64,000 nt of DNA from Clostridia bacterium. Lineage in GTDB: Bacteria; Bacillota; Clostridia; Oscillospirales; CAG-382. The notes beneath the pieces are model-generated. The model did no database searches and was not told the origin of the DNA. It saw nothing but the letters and a program-made list of their open reading frames with translations. Position 1 is the stretch's first letter. Every line of letters starts with the position of its first letter. A program made the translations under genes and the position numbers. Shown piece after piece: positions 10,301 to 18,100 of the stretch. The stretch covers positions 4,019 to 68,018 of the forward strand of contig JAFXBC010000043.1 of assembly GCA_017516825.1 (NCBI GenBank), written 5' to 3'.

Positions 10301-10418
10301 TCGTAATGATCTTGGCAAGATCCATCCCCATAGCCGCCCCGGTAAGAGGCAGGGATGCAAAGACCGTGAGCAGCAACGCCGCCGTCATCAATGCGGAAAG
10401 AATTCTTCTCATCTTCAT
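7371..10418 (-). CDS. Secreted glycerophosphodiester phosphodiesterase (GDPD) with LamG/DUF1080-like, degenerate GDPD-like and Ig-like modules plus a C-terminal dockerin
   Basis: Signal peptide MKMRRILSALMTAALLLTVFA. GDPD catalytic motifs WTAHRGYSTKFPENSL ... IEIDVHLSSDGVVMVMHDDSIDRTTNG. Dockerin GDLSGNGKVSAADYLLIK ... DINGDGRVNAVDYILLK. Confidence 0.8.
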   Translation of the reverse strand: MKMRRILSALMTAALLLTVFASLPLTGAAMGMDLAKIITKTNPAITANVGATVDLSLYTVEADNGKRLEPKEITWTLDGETVKTVKVEEKGVLTLTATAGEVSEKVYLVSKLPDETEYVLYENDFECTVEDLEAEGWKFLNPKLVNIEDGVMHFGSQAKDYYRAILPEWLGDFGDYAISMMANQTEVLNGSRWCSIAYRIENANKNYYPYYHMCVRANTTSSTVEFAERTTSNSWNVIYNNSHVLDMTDEDFHNLTVKAFGSTVQYLIDEESVMFVTNASAHPKGYVGIIDNYGTMNVDSIRVTVQEIAPERPPVVPLLVDSSVNRGETNITNYVSTQAYLSYGDFEDYLAGEALTAAALLDLTGREISKEQFETYLKGFKEKNVIPQFRLDTKTQVDALNAALTSAKIPEAAVISADAEVVKYAREKNKTKLRGVLDLTGIKAESLTDEEIYDYYNKAAGAYAQAILVPYHLATKEYVAKWQEFELAVWAFGTRIKTAAQAAWLVASGANAVVSDNPELVAAVQTEVFTASDALTRTPVWTAHRGYSTKFPENSLAACLGGYEAGADCIEIDVHLSSDGVVMVMHDDSIDRTTNGKGKIASMTSQQLQQYKLKYRNGTLSEEHIPTFEEILQAFQGKDVKFLCEIKSGQADLPRKCVELIKKYNMENQVVFISFYANQLTSAKQYMNVTTGYLISAAGFAEENDTLNTLNNYYQKQTDTLSYHATMAINYGNLTAEFLRNANDRGLTLWTWTYSNSVAAQVCKMFLAGVNGMTTDDPQYLQDTVKTISVPTDLRVDLGDTITLSATSVTYGGTEKDILSRSKVITLENDGVVELGDDGTVTPLKYGKAVFLLSYKTKLPNGASYTLYSQPITVSVDGHKALALKAESSYLLNRGILLSESGLTAADLLGSLASSEGVKISGKGGKSLSGTDVVGTGATVEKDGASFSICVKGDLSGNGKVSAADYLLIKRSALDGFTLSESQQAASDINGDGRVNAVDYILLKQNTLKAYGITA
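7389..7565 (-). other. Dockerin module
   Basis: Residues ~952-1010 form a duplicated Ca-binding loop and helix. Confidence 0.8.
8073..8807 (-). other. GDPD catalytic TIM-barrel domain
   Basis: H-R ... E-x-D-V-H ... H-D motif series, residues ~538-782. Confidence 0.8.
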
Positions 10419-10436
10419 AAGTATACTCCCTTTGCT

Positions 10437-11276
10437 TTATCGTAATGTGTTCTCGGCTTCAATGGCGTCCATAGCGTCTGCAATGACGTTGTTTGCCTTC
10501 TTCAAGGCTTCCTCGGCCCGCAGGGGGGTGCAGCCTGTCTTCTGGCAGATCATGCGGATGGCTCTTGCCACCAGCTTTCGGTTGGAGGGGATCATGTAGG
10601 CCATGTAATTCCCCCGCACCCTGCCGTAGCGCACCATGGCGCCGGTGGAAAGCATATTCAGGATCATTTTCTGAGCCGTCCCCGCCTTCATGCGGGTGGA
10701 GCCGTTGATCACCTCGGGGCCCACCTCCGCCGCGATGGCCAGGTCGCACAGGGGGATCAGATCGCTGTTTTTGTTGCAGGTGATGCAGATAGTCCCGGTG
10801 CCCAGCTCCCTTGCGTAAGCCAGAGCTCCCTTCACGCAGTTTGCGGATCCGCTGGCGGAAATGGCAACCAGAATATCCTTCTCACAGTATCCGTATTCCT
10901 CCCTCATCAGGTCGGCAATGCTGTTCGGGTTGTCCTCCGCGTCCTCCGCGGGATTGATGATGGCGCTGTATCCCCCGGCCATCAGACCGATGACTCTGCC
11001 GTACAGCCCGTAGGTGGGCGGGATCTCGGAGGCGTCCACCACCCCCAGTCTGCCGGAGGTTCCCGCACCGCAGTAAAAGATGCGTCCCTCCCGCTTTAAG
11101 GCCTCCGCCAACAGATCAATGGCCCGGCCGATCTCCGGCAGGCATTTTTCCACCGCAAGGGCTACCGTTTTGTCTTCTTCGTTGATGCACCTTGCGATCT
11201 CAAGGGCGCTCATCTTGTCGATCTGCGACGTAGAAGCGTTCTTTTGCTCCGTAGTCAGCGTATGAAATTCAGCCAT
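10437..11276 (-). CDS. murQ: N-acetylmuramic acid 6-phosphate etherase
   Basis: SIS-domain signature IFYCGAGTSGRLGVVDASEIPPTYG and the typical N-terminus TLTTEQKN...IDKMS. Only 18 nt upstream of the GDPD gene on the same strand. Confidence 0.9.
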   Translation of the reverse strand: MAEFHTLTTEQKNASTSQIDKMSALEIARCINEEDKTVALAVEKCLPEIGRAIDLLAEALKREGRIFYCGAGTSGRLGVVDASEIPPTYGLYGRVIGLMAGGYSAIINPAEDAEDNPNSIADLMREEYGYCEKDILVAISASGSANCVKGALAYARELGTGTICITCNKNSDLIPLCDLAIAAEVGPEVINGSTRMKAGTAQKMILNMLSTGAMVRYGRVRGNYMAYMIPSNRKLVARAIRMICQKTGCTPLRAEEALKKANNVIADAMDAIEAENTLR

Positions 11277-11317
11277 GCTGTCAAAGCCTCTTTCGTCAAT
11301 TGGTTTTTCTTGGTTTT

Positions 11318-11346
11318 ATTCTAACATAGAGAGGATTCTTTGTCAA
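11318..11346 (-). promoter_or_regulatory. Promoter TTGACA-17-TAGAAT for murQ-GDPD
   Basis: Divergent from the GT2 promoter. Confidence 0.65.
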
Positions 11347-11387
11347 TCATTTTTATGCGCCATTTCGGAAAAAAGTCTTAAAACCCG

Positions 11388-11416
11388 TTGACAAAAAAGG
11401 GAAGATATGGTACTAT
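11388..11416 (+). promoter_or_regulatory. Promoter TTGACA-17-TACTAT for the GT2 operon
   Basis: Read directly. Confidence 0.6.
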
Positions 11417-11454
11417 TGAACAAGAGAAATTTGCCGTAAAGAGGGAGGATTTAT

Positions 11455-12426
11455 ATGGAACTGATCAGCGTTATGGTTCCTTGCTTTAACGAGGAAGAAT
11501 CCCTGCCTCTTTTCCGCGAGGAGATCTTACACGTGATGGCTACCATGCCGGAATACGCCTTTGAGGTGATCTTTGCGGACGACGGCTCCGGGGACGGCAC
11601 CTTGAAGCTGTTGCGGGAGTACGCCGCCGCGGATGACCGCTTCCGCTACGTTTCCTTTACCCGCAATTTCGGCAAGGAAGCCGCCATGTACGCCTTGTTG
11701 CAGGCCTCCCGCGGGGACTTCGTGGTGTATATGGATGCGGATCTCCAGGATCCCCCCTCCCTTTTGCCCCGTATGATGGCGCTTTTGAAGGAGAAGGGGT
11801 GCGACAGCATCGGCACCCGCCGCTCCTCCCGTAAGGGGGAGCCGCCCATCAGAAGCTTTTTTGCCAACGTATTCTATAAAATGATCAACCGCATCTCCAA
11901 CGTGCGTTTGGTGCCCGCGGCAAGAGATTACCGCCTCATGTCCCGCCGCATGGCGGATTCCATCCTGTCCCTTTGCGAGTACAACCGCTTCTCCAAGGGC
12001 ATTTTCGAGTGGGTGGGCTACGAGACGGAATGGATCTCCTACGAGAACGTGGAGCGCAGTGCAGGGAAGACCAAGTTCTCCTTCTGGAAGCTGTTCAAGT
12101 ATTCCCTGGAATGCATCATCGCCTTCTCCACCGCACCTCTGGCCATCGCATCGGTGATGGGCTTCGTGTTCTGCTTTGCCGCCTTCATCGGGATTTTGGT
12201 GGTGATCATCCGTGCCCTGCTGGGTGTGGATTCCGCCTTCGGCTGGGCCTCCATGATGTGCGTCATCCTGTTCGTAGGAGGCGTTTTGGAGTTTTCCATC
12301 GGCATCCTGGGAGGCTACCTTTCCAAGACCTATCTGGAAAGCAAGCGCCGTCCCATCTATTTGTCCAAGGAGACGGAAAACGATCTGAAGGAGAAGAAAG
12401 ATGTTCGGCCGGAAGAAAAAAGATAA
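11455..12426 (+). CDS. Family-2 glycosyltransferase, GtrB-like polyprenyl-phosphate glycosyltransferase with two C-terminal TM helices
   Basis: VMVPCFNEEESL ... FADDGSGDGT ... DADLQDPP motifs, plus a hydrophobic C-terminal pair. Confidence 0.85.
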   Translation: MELISVMVPCFNEEESLPLFREEILHVMATMPEYAFEVIFADDGSGDGTLKLLREYAAADDRFRYVSFTRNFGKEAAMYALLQASRGDFVVYMDADLQDPPSLLPRMMALLKEKGCDSIGTRRSSRKGEPPIRSFFANVFYKMINRISNVRLVPAARDYRLMSRRMADSILSLCEYNRFSKGIFEWVGYETEWISYENVERSAGKTKFSFWKLFKYSLECIIAFSTAPLAIASVMGFVFCFAAFIGILVVIIRALLGVDSAFGWASMMCVILFVGGVLEFSIGILGGYLSKTYLESKRRPIYLSKETENDLKEKKDVRPEEKR

Positions 12427-12739
12427 ACCGCCCAAGAATACCGACAGCGTGGAGTTTCGCCTGTGGATGGCGAGAAAGCTGGACGGCCGCTCTCTCCGCT
12501 ATATCCTGGAGCGGGAGGAAAACGGCGTGGAGCGCGTCATCGGCAAGGGCGGCGTGCTCAGCTATTTCGAAGGGGAATTCAGCGTGATCAGCGGGGACAA
12601 GACCTTGTTCGTCACCACCGCCTCCGAACTGCACGCCTGGGAGTTTCTTTCCCTGGAGGGGGCCACCCTCACGGGCTTTGATAAGGTAGAAGGCAAGGAA
12701 AGAACCATCCTTGCTTACTATAAATACTATCGTGATTAA
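12401..12739 (+). CDS. Hypothetical small soluble protein, overlapping the GT2 gene end
   Basis: 112-aa ORF that overlaps the GT2 gene by 26 nt. No recognisable motif. The coding call rests on position and codon usage only. Confidence 0.5.
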   Translation: MFGRKKKDKPPKNTDSVEFRLWMARKLDGRSLRYILEREENGVERVIGKGGVLSYFEGEFSVISGDKTLFVTTASELHAWEFLSLEGATLTGFDKVEGKERTILAYYKYYRD

Positions 12740-12760
12740 ATAATCCAAAGGAGATTCACA

Positions 12761-13849
12761 ATGGATAAGAAACTGAGAATCGGTATCATCGGTTGCGGCG
12801 GTATTGCCAACGGCAAGCATATGCCCGCGCTCAAGAACTGCTCCGACCTGGCGGAAATGGTCTATTTCTGCGACCTGGAGCTTTCCCGCGCGGAGGCGGC
12901 CGCCAAGAAGTTCGGCACCCCCGACGCCAAGGTGTGCGCCGACTATAAGGAGCTTTTGGCAGACGAGACCATCGACGTGGTCCACGTTTGTACGCCCAAC
13001 CGCTCCCACAGCTTCATCACGGTTGACGCCCTGGAGGCAGGCAAGCACGTTATGTGCGAAAAGCCCATGGCCATCAACTCCGAGGAAGCGCAGAAGATGC
13101 TGGATGCCGCAAAGCGCACCGGCAAGAAGCTGACCATCGGCTACCAGAACCGCCATCGTCCCGATTCTATGTATATCAAGAAGGAATGCGAGGACGGCAC
13201 CCTGGGCGAGATCTATTACGCCAAGGCAACCGCCATCCGCCGCAGAGCCGTTCCCACCTGGGGCGTGTTCATGAACGAATACGAGCAGGGCGGCGGCCCC
13301 CTCATCGACATCGGCACCCATGCTCTGGATCTGACCCTGTGGTGCATGGATAACTATAAGCCCAAGTATTGCGTGGGTACCGTATACCACAAGCTGGGCG
13401 ATAAGTTCCCCACCGGCAACGCCTGGGGCGACTGGAAGCCCGGCGAACTCACCGTTGAGGATTCTGCCTTCGGCTTCATCGTCATGGAAAACGGCGCCAC
13501 CGTGGTTCTGGAATCCAGCTGGGCTCTGAACTCTCTGGACGTTCGTGAAGCCGTTACCACCCTGTGCGGTACCGACGGCGGTGCTGACATGGAGGGCGGC
13601 GTTCGCATCAACGGCATTCGCAACGGCAGACAGTACGTACTGAAGCCCGACCTGTCCGCAGGCGGCGTAGCCTTCTACGAGGGCGCAGGCGCAGGCTCTC
13701 CCCAGGATAACGAGGCACGCCTGTGGCTCAACGCCGTGATCAACGATACCGATCCCTTCGTGCTTCCCGAGCAGGCGCTGGTGGTCAGCCGCATCCTGGA
13801 GGGCATCTATATCTCCGCCAAGACCGGCGAGCCCTACTACTTTAATTAA
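12761..13849 (+). CDS. Gfo/Idh/MocA-family NAD(P)-dependent sugar oxidoreductase
   Basis: Rossmann N-terminus LRIGIIGCGGIANGKH and the EKP motif (HVMCEKPMA). Confidence 0.9.
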   Translation: MDKKLRIGIIGCGGIANGKHMPALKNCSDLAEMVYFCDLELSRAEAAAKKFGTPDAKVCADYKELLADETIDVVHVCTPNRSHSFITVDALEAGKHVMCEKPMAINSEEAQKMLDAAKRTGKKLTIGYQNRHRPDSMYIKKECEDGTLGEIYYAKATAIRRRAVPTWGVFMNEYEQGGGPLIDIGTHALDLTLWCMDNYKPKYCVGTVYHKLGDKFPTGNAWGDWKPGELTVEDSAFGFIVMENGATVVLESSWALNSLDVREAVTTLCGTDGGADMEGGVRINGIRNGRQYVLKPDLSAGGVAFYEGAGAGSPQDNEARLWLNAVINDTDPFVLPEQALVVSRILEGIYISAKTGEPYYFN

Positions 13850-13867
13850 TAGGAAGGAAATGCTCCC

Positions 13868-14836
13868 ATGAAATTAGGCGTATGTGCAGTCCTGTTCGGC
13901 GATCAACCGCTGGACAAGGTGCTTCCCTATCTGAAATCCATCGGCATCGAGGAATTGGAGATCGGCGCCGGCGGTTACCCCGGCAAGGCCCATTGCGACC
14001 CCGCAGTTCTTCTGAAGGACGAAAAGGCTCTGGAATCCTTCAAGGAGACCATCGCTGCCCACGGCCTGCCCATCAACACCCTCAGCTGTCACGGCAACCC
14101 CGTCCATCCCGACAAGGCCACCCGTGAAAGCTACCGCGAGGATTTCCGCAACACCATCCTTCTCTGCGAAAAGTTGGGGATCAAGAAGATCATCGGCTTC
14201 TCCGGCTGTCCCGGTGACAGCTTGGATGCCAAGTACCCCAACTGGGTCACCTGCCCCTGGCCCAACGATTTCTCCGACTTGCTGAAATGGCAGTGGGAGG
14301 AAGTCCTGGTGCCTTACTGGAAGGGTGAAGTGCAGTTTGCCGAGGCTCACGGCATCGAGAAGATCGCACTGGAAATGCATCCCGGCTTCTGCGTGTATAA
14401 CCCCGAGACCCTGTTGCATCTGCGTAGCGAGGTAGGCAACCTCATCGGCGCCAACATGGACCCCTCTCACCTGATCTGGCAGGGGATCGACCCCGTTGCC
14501 GCCATCCGTACCCTGGGGGACGCGATTTATCACGTTCACGCCAAGGACACCAAGGTGGATGGCTTGAACACCGCCGTCAACGGTGTTCTGGATACCAAGC
14601 CCTATGCCGACGAGCTTCACCGCTCCTGGGTGTTCCGCTCTGTGGGCTACGGCAACGATATGCAGTATTGGAGAGATTTCATCAGCAACCTCCGCCTTGT
14701 GGGATATGACGACATTCTGTCCATTGAGCATGAGGATAGCATCATGACCAACGTGGAGGGCCTGGAGAAGGCCGCTTACTTCCTGAAGCAGGCCATCATC
14801 AAGGATCCCAAGCCCACCGGTATGTGGTGGGTATAA
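13868..14836 (+). CDS. Xylose-isomerase-like TIM-barrel protein (sugar phosphate isomerase/epimerase family)
   Basis: Family-typical metal-ligand context (ALEMHPG, VHAKDTK, LSIEHED). Lies 18 nt after the oxidoreductase gene. Confidence 0.85.
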   Translation: MKLGVCAVLFGDQPLDKVLPYLKSIGIEELEIGAGGYPGKAHCDPAVLLKDEKALESFKETIAAHGLPINTLSCHGNPVHPDKATRESYREDFRNTILLCEKLGIKKIIGFSGCPGDSLDAKYPNWVTCPWPNDFSDLLKWQWEEVLVPYWKGEVQFAEAHGIEKIALEMHPGFCVYNPETLLHLRSEVGNLIGANMDPSHLIWQGIDPVAAIRTLGDAIYHVHAKDTKVDGLNTAVNGVLDTKPYADELHRSWVFRSVGYGNDMQYWRDFISNLRLVGYDDILSIEHEDSIMTNVEGLEKAAYFLKQAIIKDPKPTGMWWV

Positions 14837-14861
14837 CCCGAAAAATATCAAAATCTTCACG

Positions 14862-14896
14862 AACGGATGGGGAAGCCCCCATCCGTTTATTTTTTT
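14862..14896 (+). terminator. Intrinsic terminator after the TIM-barrel gene
   Basis: Perfect 11-bp stem AACGGATGGGG/CCCCATCCGTT, AAGC loop and T-run. Confidence 0.85.
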
Positions 14897-15000
14897 GCAG
14901 AAATGCCCAAAAACGGGATTTATGACGAATTTGTCAAAAAAACAGGAAAACCTTTGGCAATTATTTCCGGGAATATATCAAAGAAATCTCGAAAAAGTGG

Positions 15001-15029
15001 TTGACAATCTTTGAAAAAGGGTATATAAT
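15001..15029 (+). promoter_or_regulatory. Perfect consensus promoter TTGACA-17-TATAAT for the Cys-repeat dockerin gene
   Basis: Read directly. Leader of ~85 nt. Confidence 0.75.
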
Positions 15030-15116
15030 GAACTATGTATTAGGATGACCTTACTTTGGGGGTACAAGGTCAGGTTTAACTTATGCAAAAAAATAATTTA
15101 TATAAGTGAGGATGCT

Positions 15117-18100
15117 ATGAAGACAGTATTCAAAAGACTGATCAGTTCTCTGCTTTTGGTCGTGATGCTTGTTGCAGCTCTTCCCGTATCCATGGTCTCT
15201 GCGGCTTCCGCGGACATCGATTGGGAGTATCTGAAGGACAAGTACGGTCTGACCGATTCGCAGATCGACGCAGCCAAGGACATCGCTGACGACTACGGCC
15301 TGACCCAAGAGCAGGTTGACGCCGTCGAGGAGTATTACGATTCCTTGACTCCCGAGGAACAGGATGAACTGAAGGAAGCCGTTAAGAACGGCGAGATCTC
15401 CGGCACTGACGATCTTCCCGGTACCGAATCCGAGAAGTTCGTGAAGGCTATGTTCATTGCTACCATGAAGCAGGCGGCCAAGGATCTCCTGAACCGTGTT
15501 GTGGAAGCAATGGAGGGTGTTACCGTTAAGAACCCCTTCGACGTTTACCGTGTATATGACGAGAACGGCAACCTGGCAGGTGTAAACTTCGCTCTGCATG
15601 CAGTAGACGACGTTGAGCTCGTAGAGGCTATTAAGGGGATCGTCGAGAATTACGACGTTCTTTCCGCTCTCAAGATGATGGCAGGCGCAGTGCTTCTGTT
15701 CGACGAGGTTTCCGTCAACGGCCACACCGTTTACGACCTGGCCGATCCTTCCGATATCCGTAACGCACTGGTGCAGATCTATCGAGCTAACCCCATCGAG
15801 TTCTCCACCATCGCCAACATGGAAGGCAATACCCTTGCTACTTACAACTTCTCCCTGTCTTGCCGCGGCATCGAGATCAACGTTCCCGTGAACTTTGTTA
15901 TCGATTGCTCCGAGGCAACTCTGAACAAGATCAAATCTGCAGCTGCAAAGCTGGCAGACATCTTCGAAGTCAACGGTGACTTCTCCGAAGATGACGGTAT
16001 CTTCTCCGCTGATCTGGAAGGCATTGTGGATGCTTCTGACTATGTGGACAGCATTCTGAAGTACCTCCTGCCCGCCGCAGTGGCAGACAACTACTCTCTG
16101 GTACGTGACCAGCTCCACACCATGACCTTGGGCGATCTTCTTGAACAGGTCAAGCTGGGGAGACTGCAGTACGTTGCAGAGAAGCTGGGCTACGGCGTTC
16201 AGTTCGAGAAGTTGGTGAACAAGATTGCCGATCACTTCCATCTGAGCCTGGAAGAGCCTAACGACCTCAAGGCTCTCATCGACGTTATCGACGAGAAGAA
16301 CCTGCTTTCCGTATACGCAAAGGCTATTATGCAGAAGGCAGTTGCAGTTCGTACTGCCATCGCCAACGTTGATGCCGCTGATCTGAAGAACGCACTTATC
16401 GCTCTGGATAAGAAGCTTCAGGTTCCCGCTTCCGTTAAGATGCTGCTGGTGCAGGCATACGGTGCCAATGCAGATCTGGTTTCCATCTCCGCTACCAAGC
16501 TGAAGGAAATGCTCCTGGATCTGGAAGCAAAGATCCAGCTTCCCGCAGATTTCGTTGATACCCTGAAGAATGCCATCAGCATTCAGTATATCCAGAACAA
16601 GATGAATAAGACCGTTGGCTCCTTCTACAATGGAGACGGCTCTTACTCCTTCGCCATCGGTAACGGCATTGGCCCCAAGGGCTTCTACAACTATGCAGAG
16701 GCTATTCTGGACAGACTGCTCTCCACCAAGCTGGAGGACAGAATCTCCAAGGCTCTCAAGGCTCATGGCTACGCTACCGTTGAAGATTACGTTGAGGCCG
16801 CTAAGGCAAGATACAACAAGCTCTACACCGGCAAGTACGATCTGGATATGAACTTCACCCTGGTTCTCTTCGACGTATATACTGTTACCTTCGTTGATGA
16901 GAAGGGCAACGTTCTGGATACCCAGAAGGTTGTTGCAGGCGATTCCGCAGAGGATCCCTACTACCACGGCGGCTCTGTTCTCGGCGTTAACTACTCCGCA
17001 GACAAGAGCTACGAGAACGTTCTCGCCGACATGACCGTTGTTCTGACCCGTGAGAACCATAAGCTGGATAAGGTTGAGATCATTAAGGAACCCACCTGCG
17101 ATACCGACGGTCTGAAGAACGTTTACTGTTCCATCGAAGGCTGTGATTACGCAGAGCTGAACGTTCTGATCCCCGCACACGATCACGAGCTCATCGTTGA
17201 CGAGTACTTAGCTCCCGATTGTGAGAACCCCGGCTATATTTATCAGGTATGTAAGTACTGCGGCATCCTCAAGAACGAGGTTCTGGATGCTCTCGGCCAC
17301 ATTTGGGTGGTTGACGTGGAAGTTCTCCCCGATGCTTGCGAGGACGGTTATAGACTGTCTCACTGCGAGCGTTGCGGCGAGGTCAAGCGCGAGAAGCTCC
17401 CCGGCGGCGATCATGATCTTGTAGCCGGCACCCCCGTAGCTCCCACCTGTACCGAAGATGGCTACACTCCCTATACCTGTACCGTTTGCGGCGAGGTCTT
17501 CAATTTGGATATCGTTCCCAAGCTAGGTCATAATATCTATCATGAGACCGTACAGCCCGACTGTACCGAGGATGGGTATGCAATCATCAAGTGTCTGAAC
17601 GGCTGTGGTATCGATGAGAAGCACGTTATTCCCGCTCTGGGTCACCTCTGGGATGACGGTGTTGTCACCACTGATCCCACCTGTACCGACCCCGGCGTGA
17701 AGACCACTACCTGTCTCCGCTGCCGTGAGACCAAGACCGAGGAGATCCCCGCTCTTGGCCATAACCTGACCGAGTTTATCGGCGTTATGTATCCCAATAC
17801 TTGTATCCACTACGGTGTTGATACCTACTTCTGCGATCGTTGCTTCGATTTCGTTGCAGTAGCCACCAACCCCGACGGCGTTTCTCACAGCTTTGAGCAT
17901 GTTGACGGCAAGGCCGCAACCTGCACCCAGCCCGGCTACGACTCCTACGTCTGCCGCTTCTGCGGTATGCCTGAGACCGTGATTATTCCTGCTCTCGGCC
18001 ATGCTTACGACCTGGACAACGGCGTATTCGTAGCTCCCACCTGCACCACCGAGGGTTCTTGGACTTACACCTGTCTGACCTGCGGTGACACCAAGGTTGT

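Noticed and set aside
7404-10445. Very long ORFs antisense to real genes: 3094..4860, 5664..7181, 7404..10445, 15081..17186, 26771..28270, 31319..33031, 33730..36417, 44642..46435, 47128..48702, 57626..59302 and 59855..61504.
   Set aside because: Their translations are low-complexity and rich in G/A/V/L/H/Q/D, without motifs, signal peptides or ribosome-binding sites. The opposite strand encodes proteins with clear family signatures in every case. Long open antisense frames are expected in genomes with strong G/C preference at third codon positions.
15045-15116. N-terminal extensions in the ORF track: 20..79, 15045..15116, 21403..21408, 22483..22485, 23754..23828, 28187..28219, 31161..31259, 33625..33633, 33745..33825, 44567..44749, 55325..55369, 62513..62599 and 63439..63609.
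   Set aside because: An internal ATG preceded by a Shine-Dalgarno sequence gives a canonical signal peptide or family N-terminus and removes overlaps with neighbouring genes or promoters.
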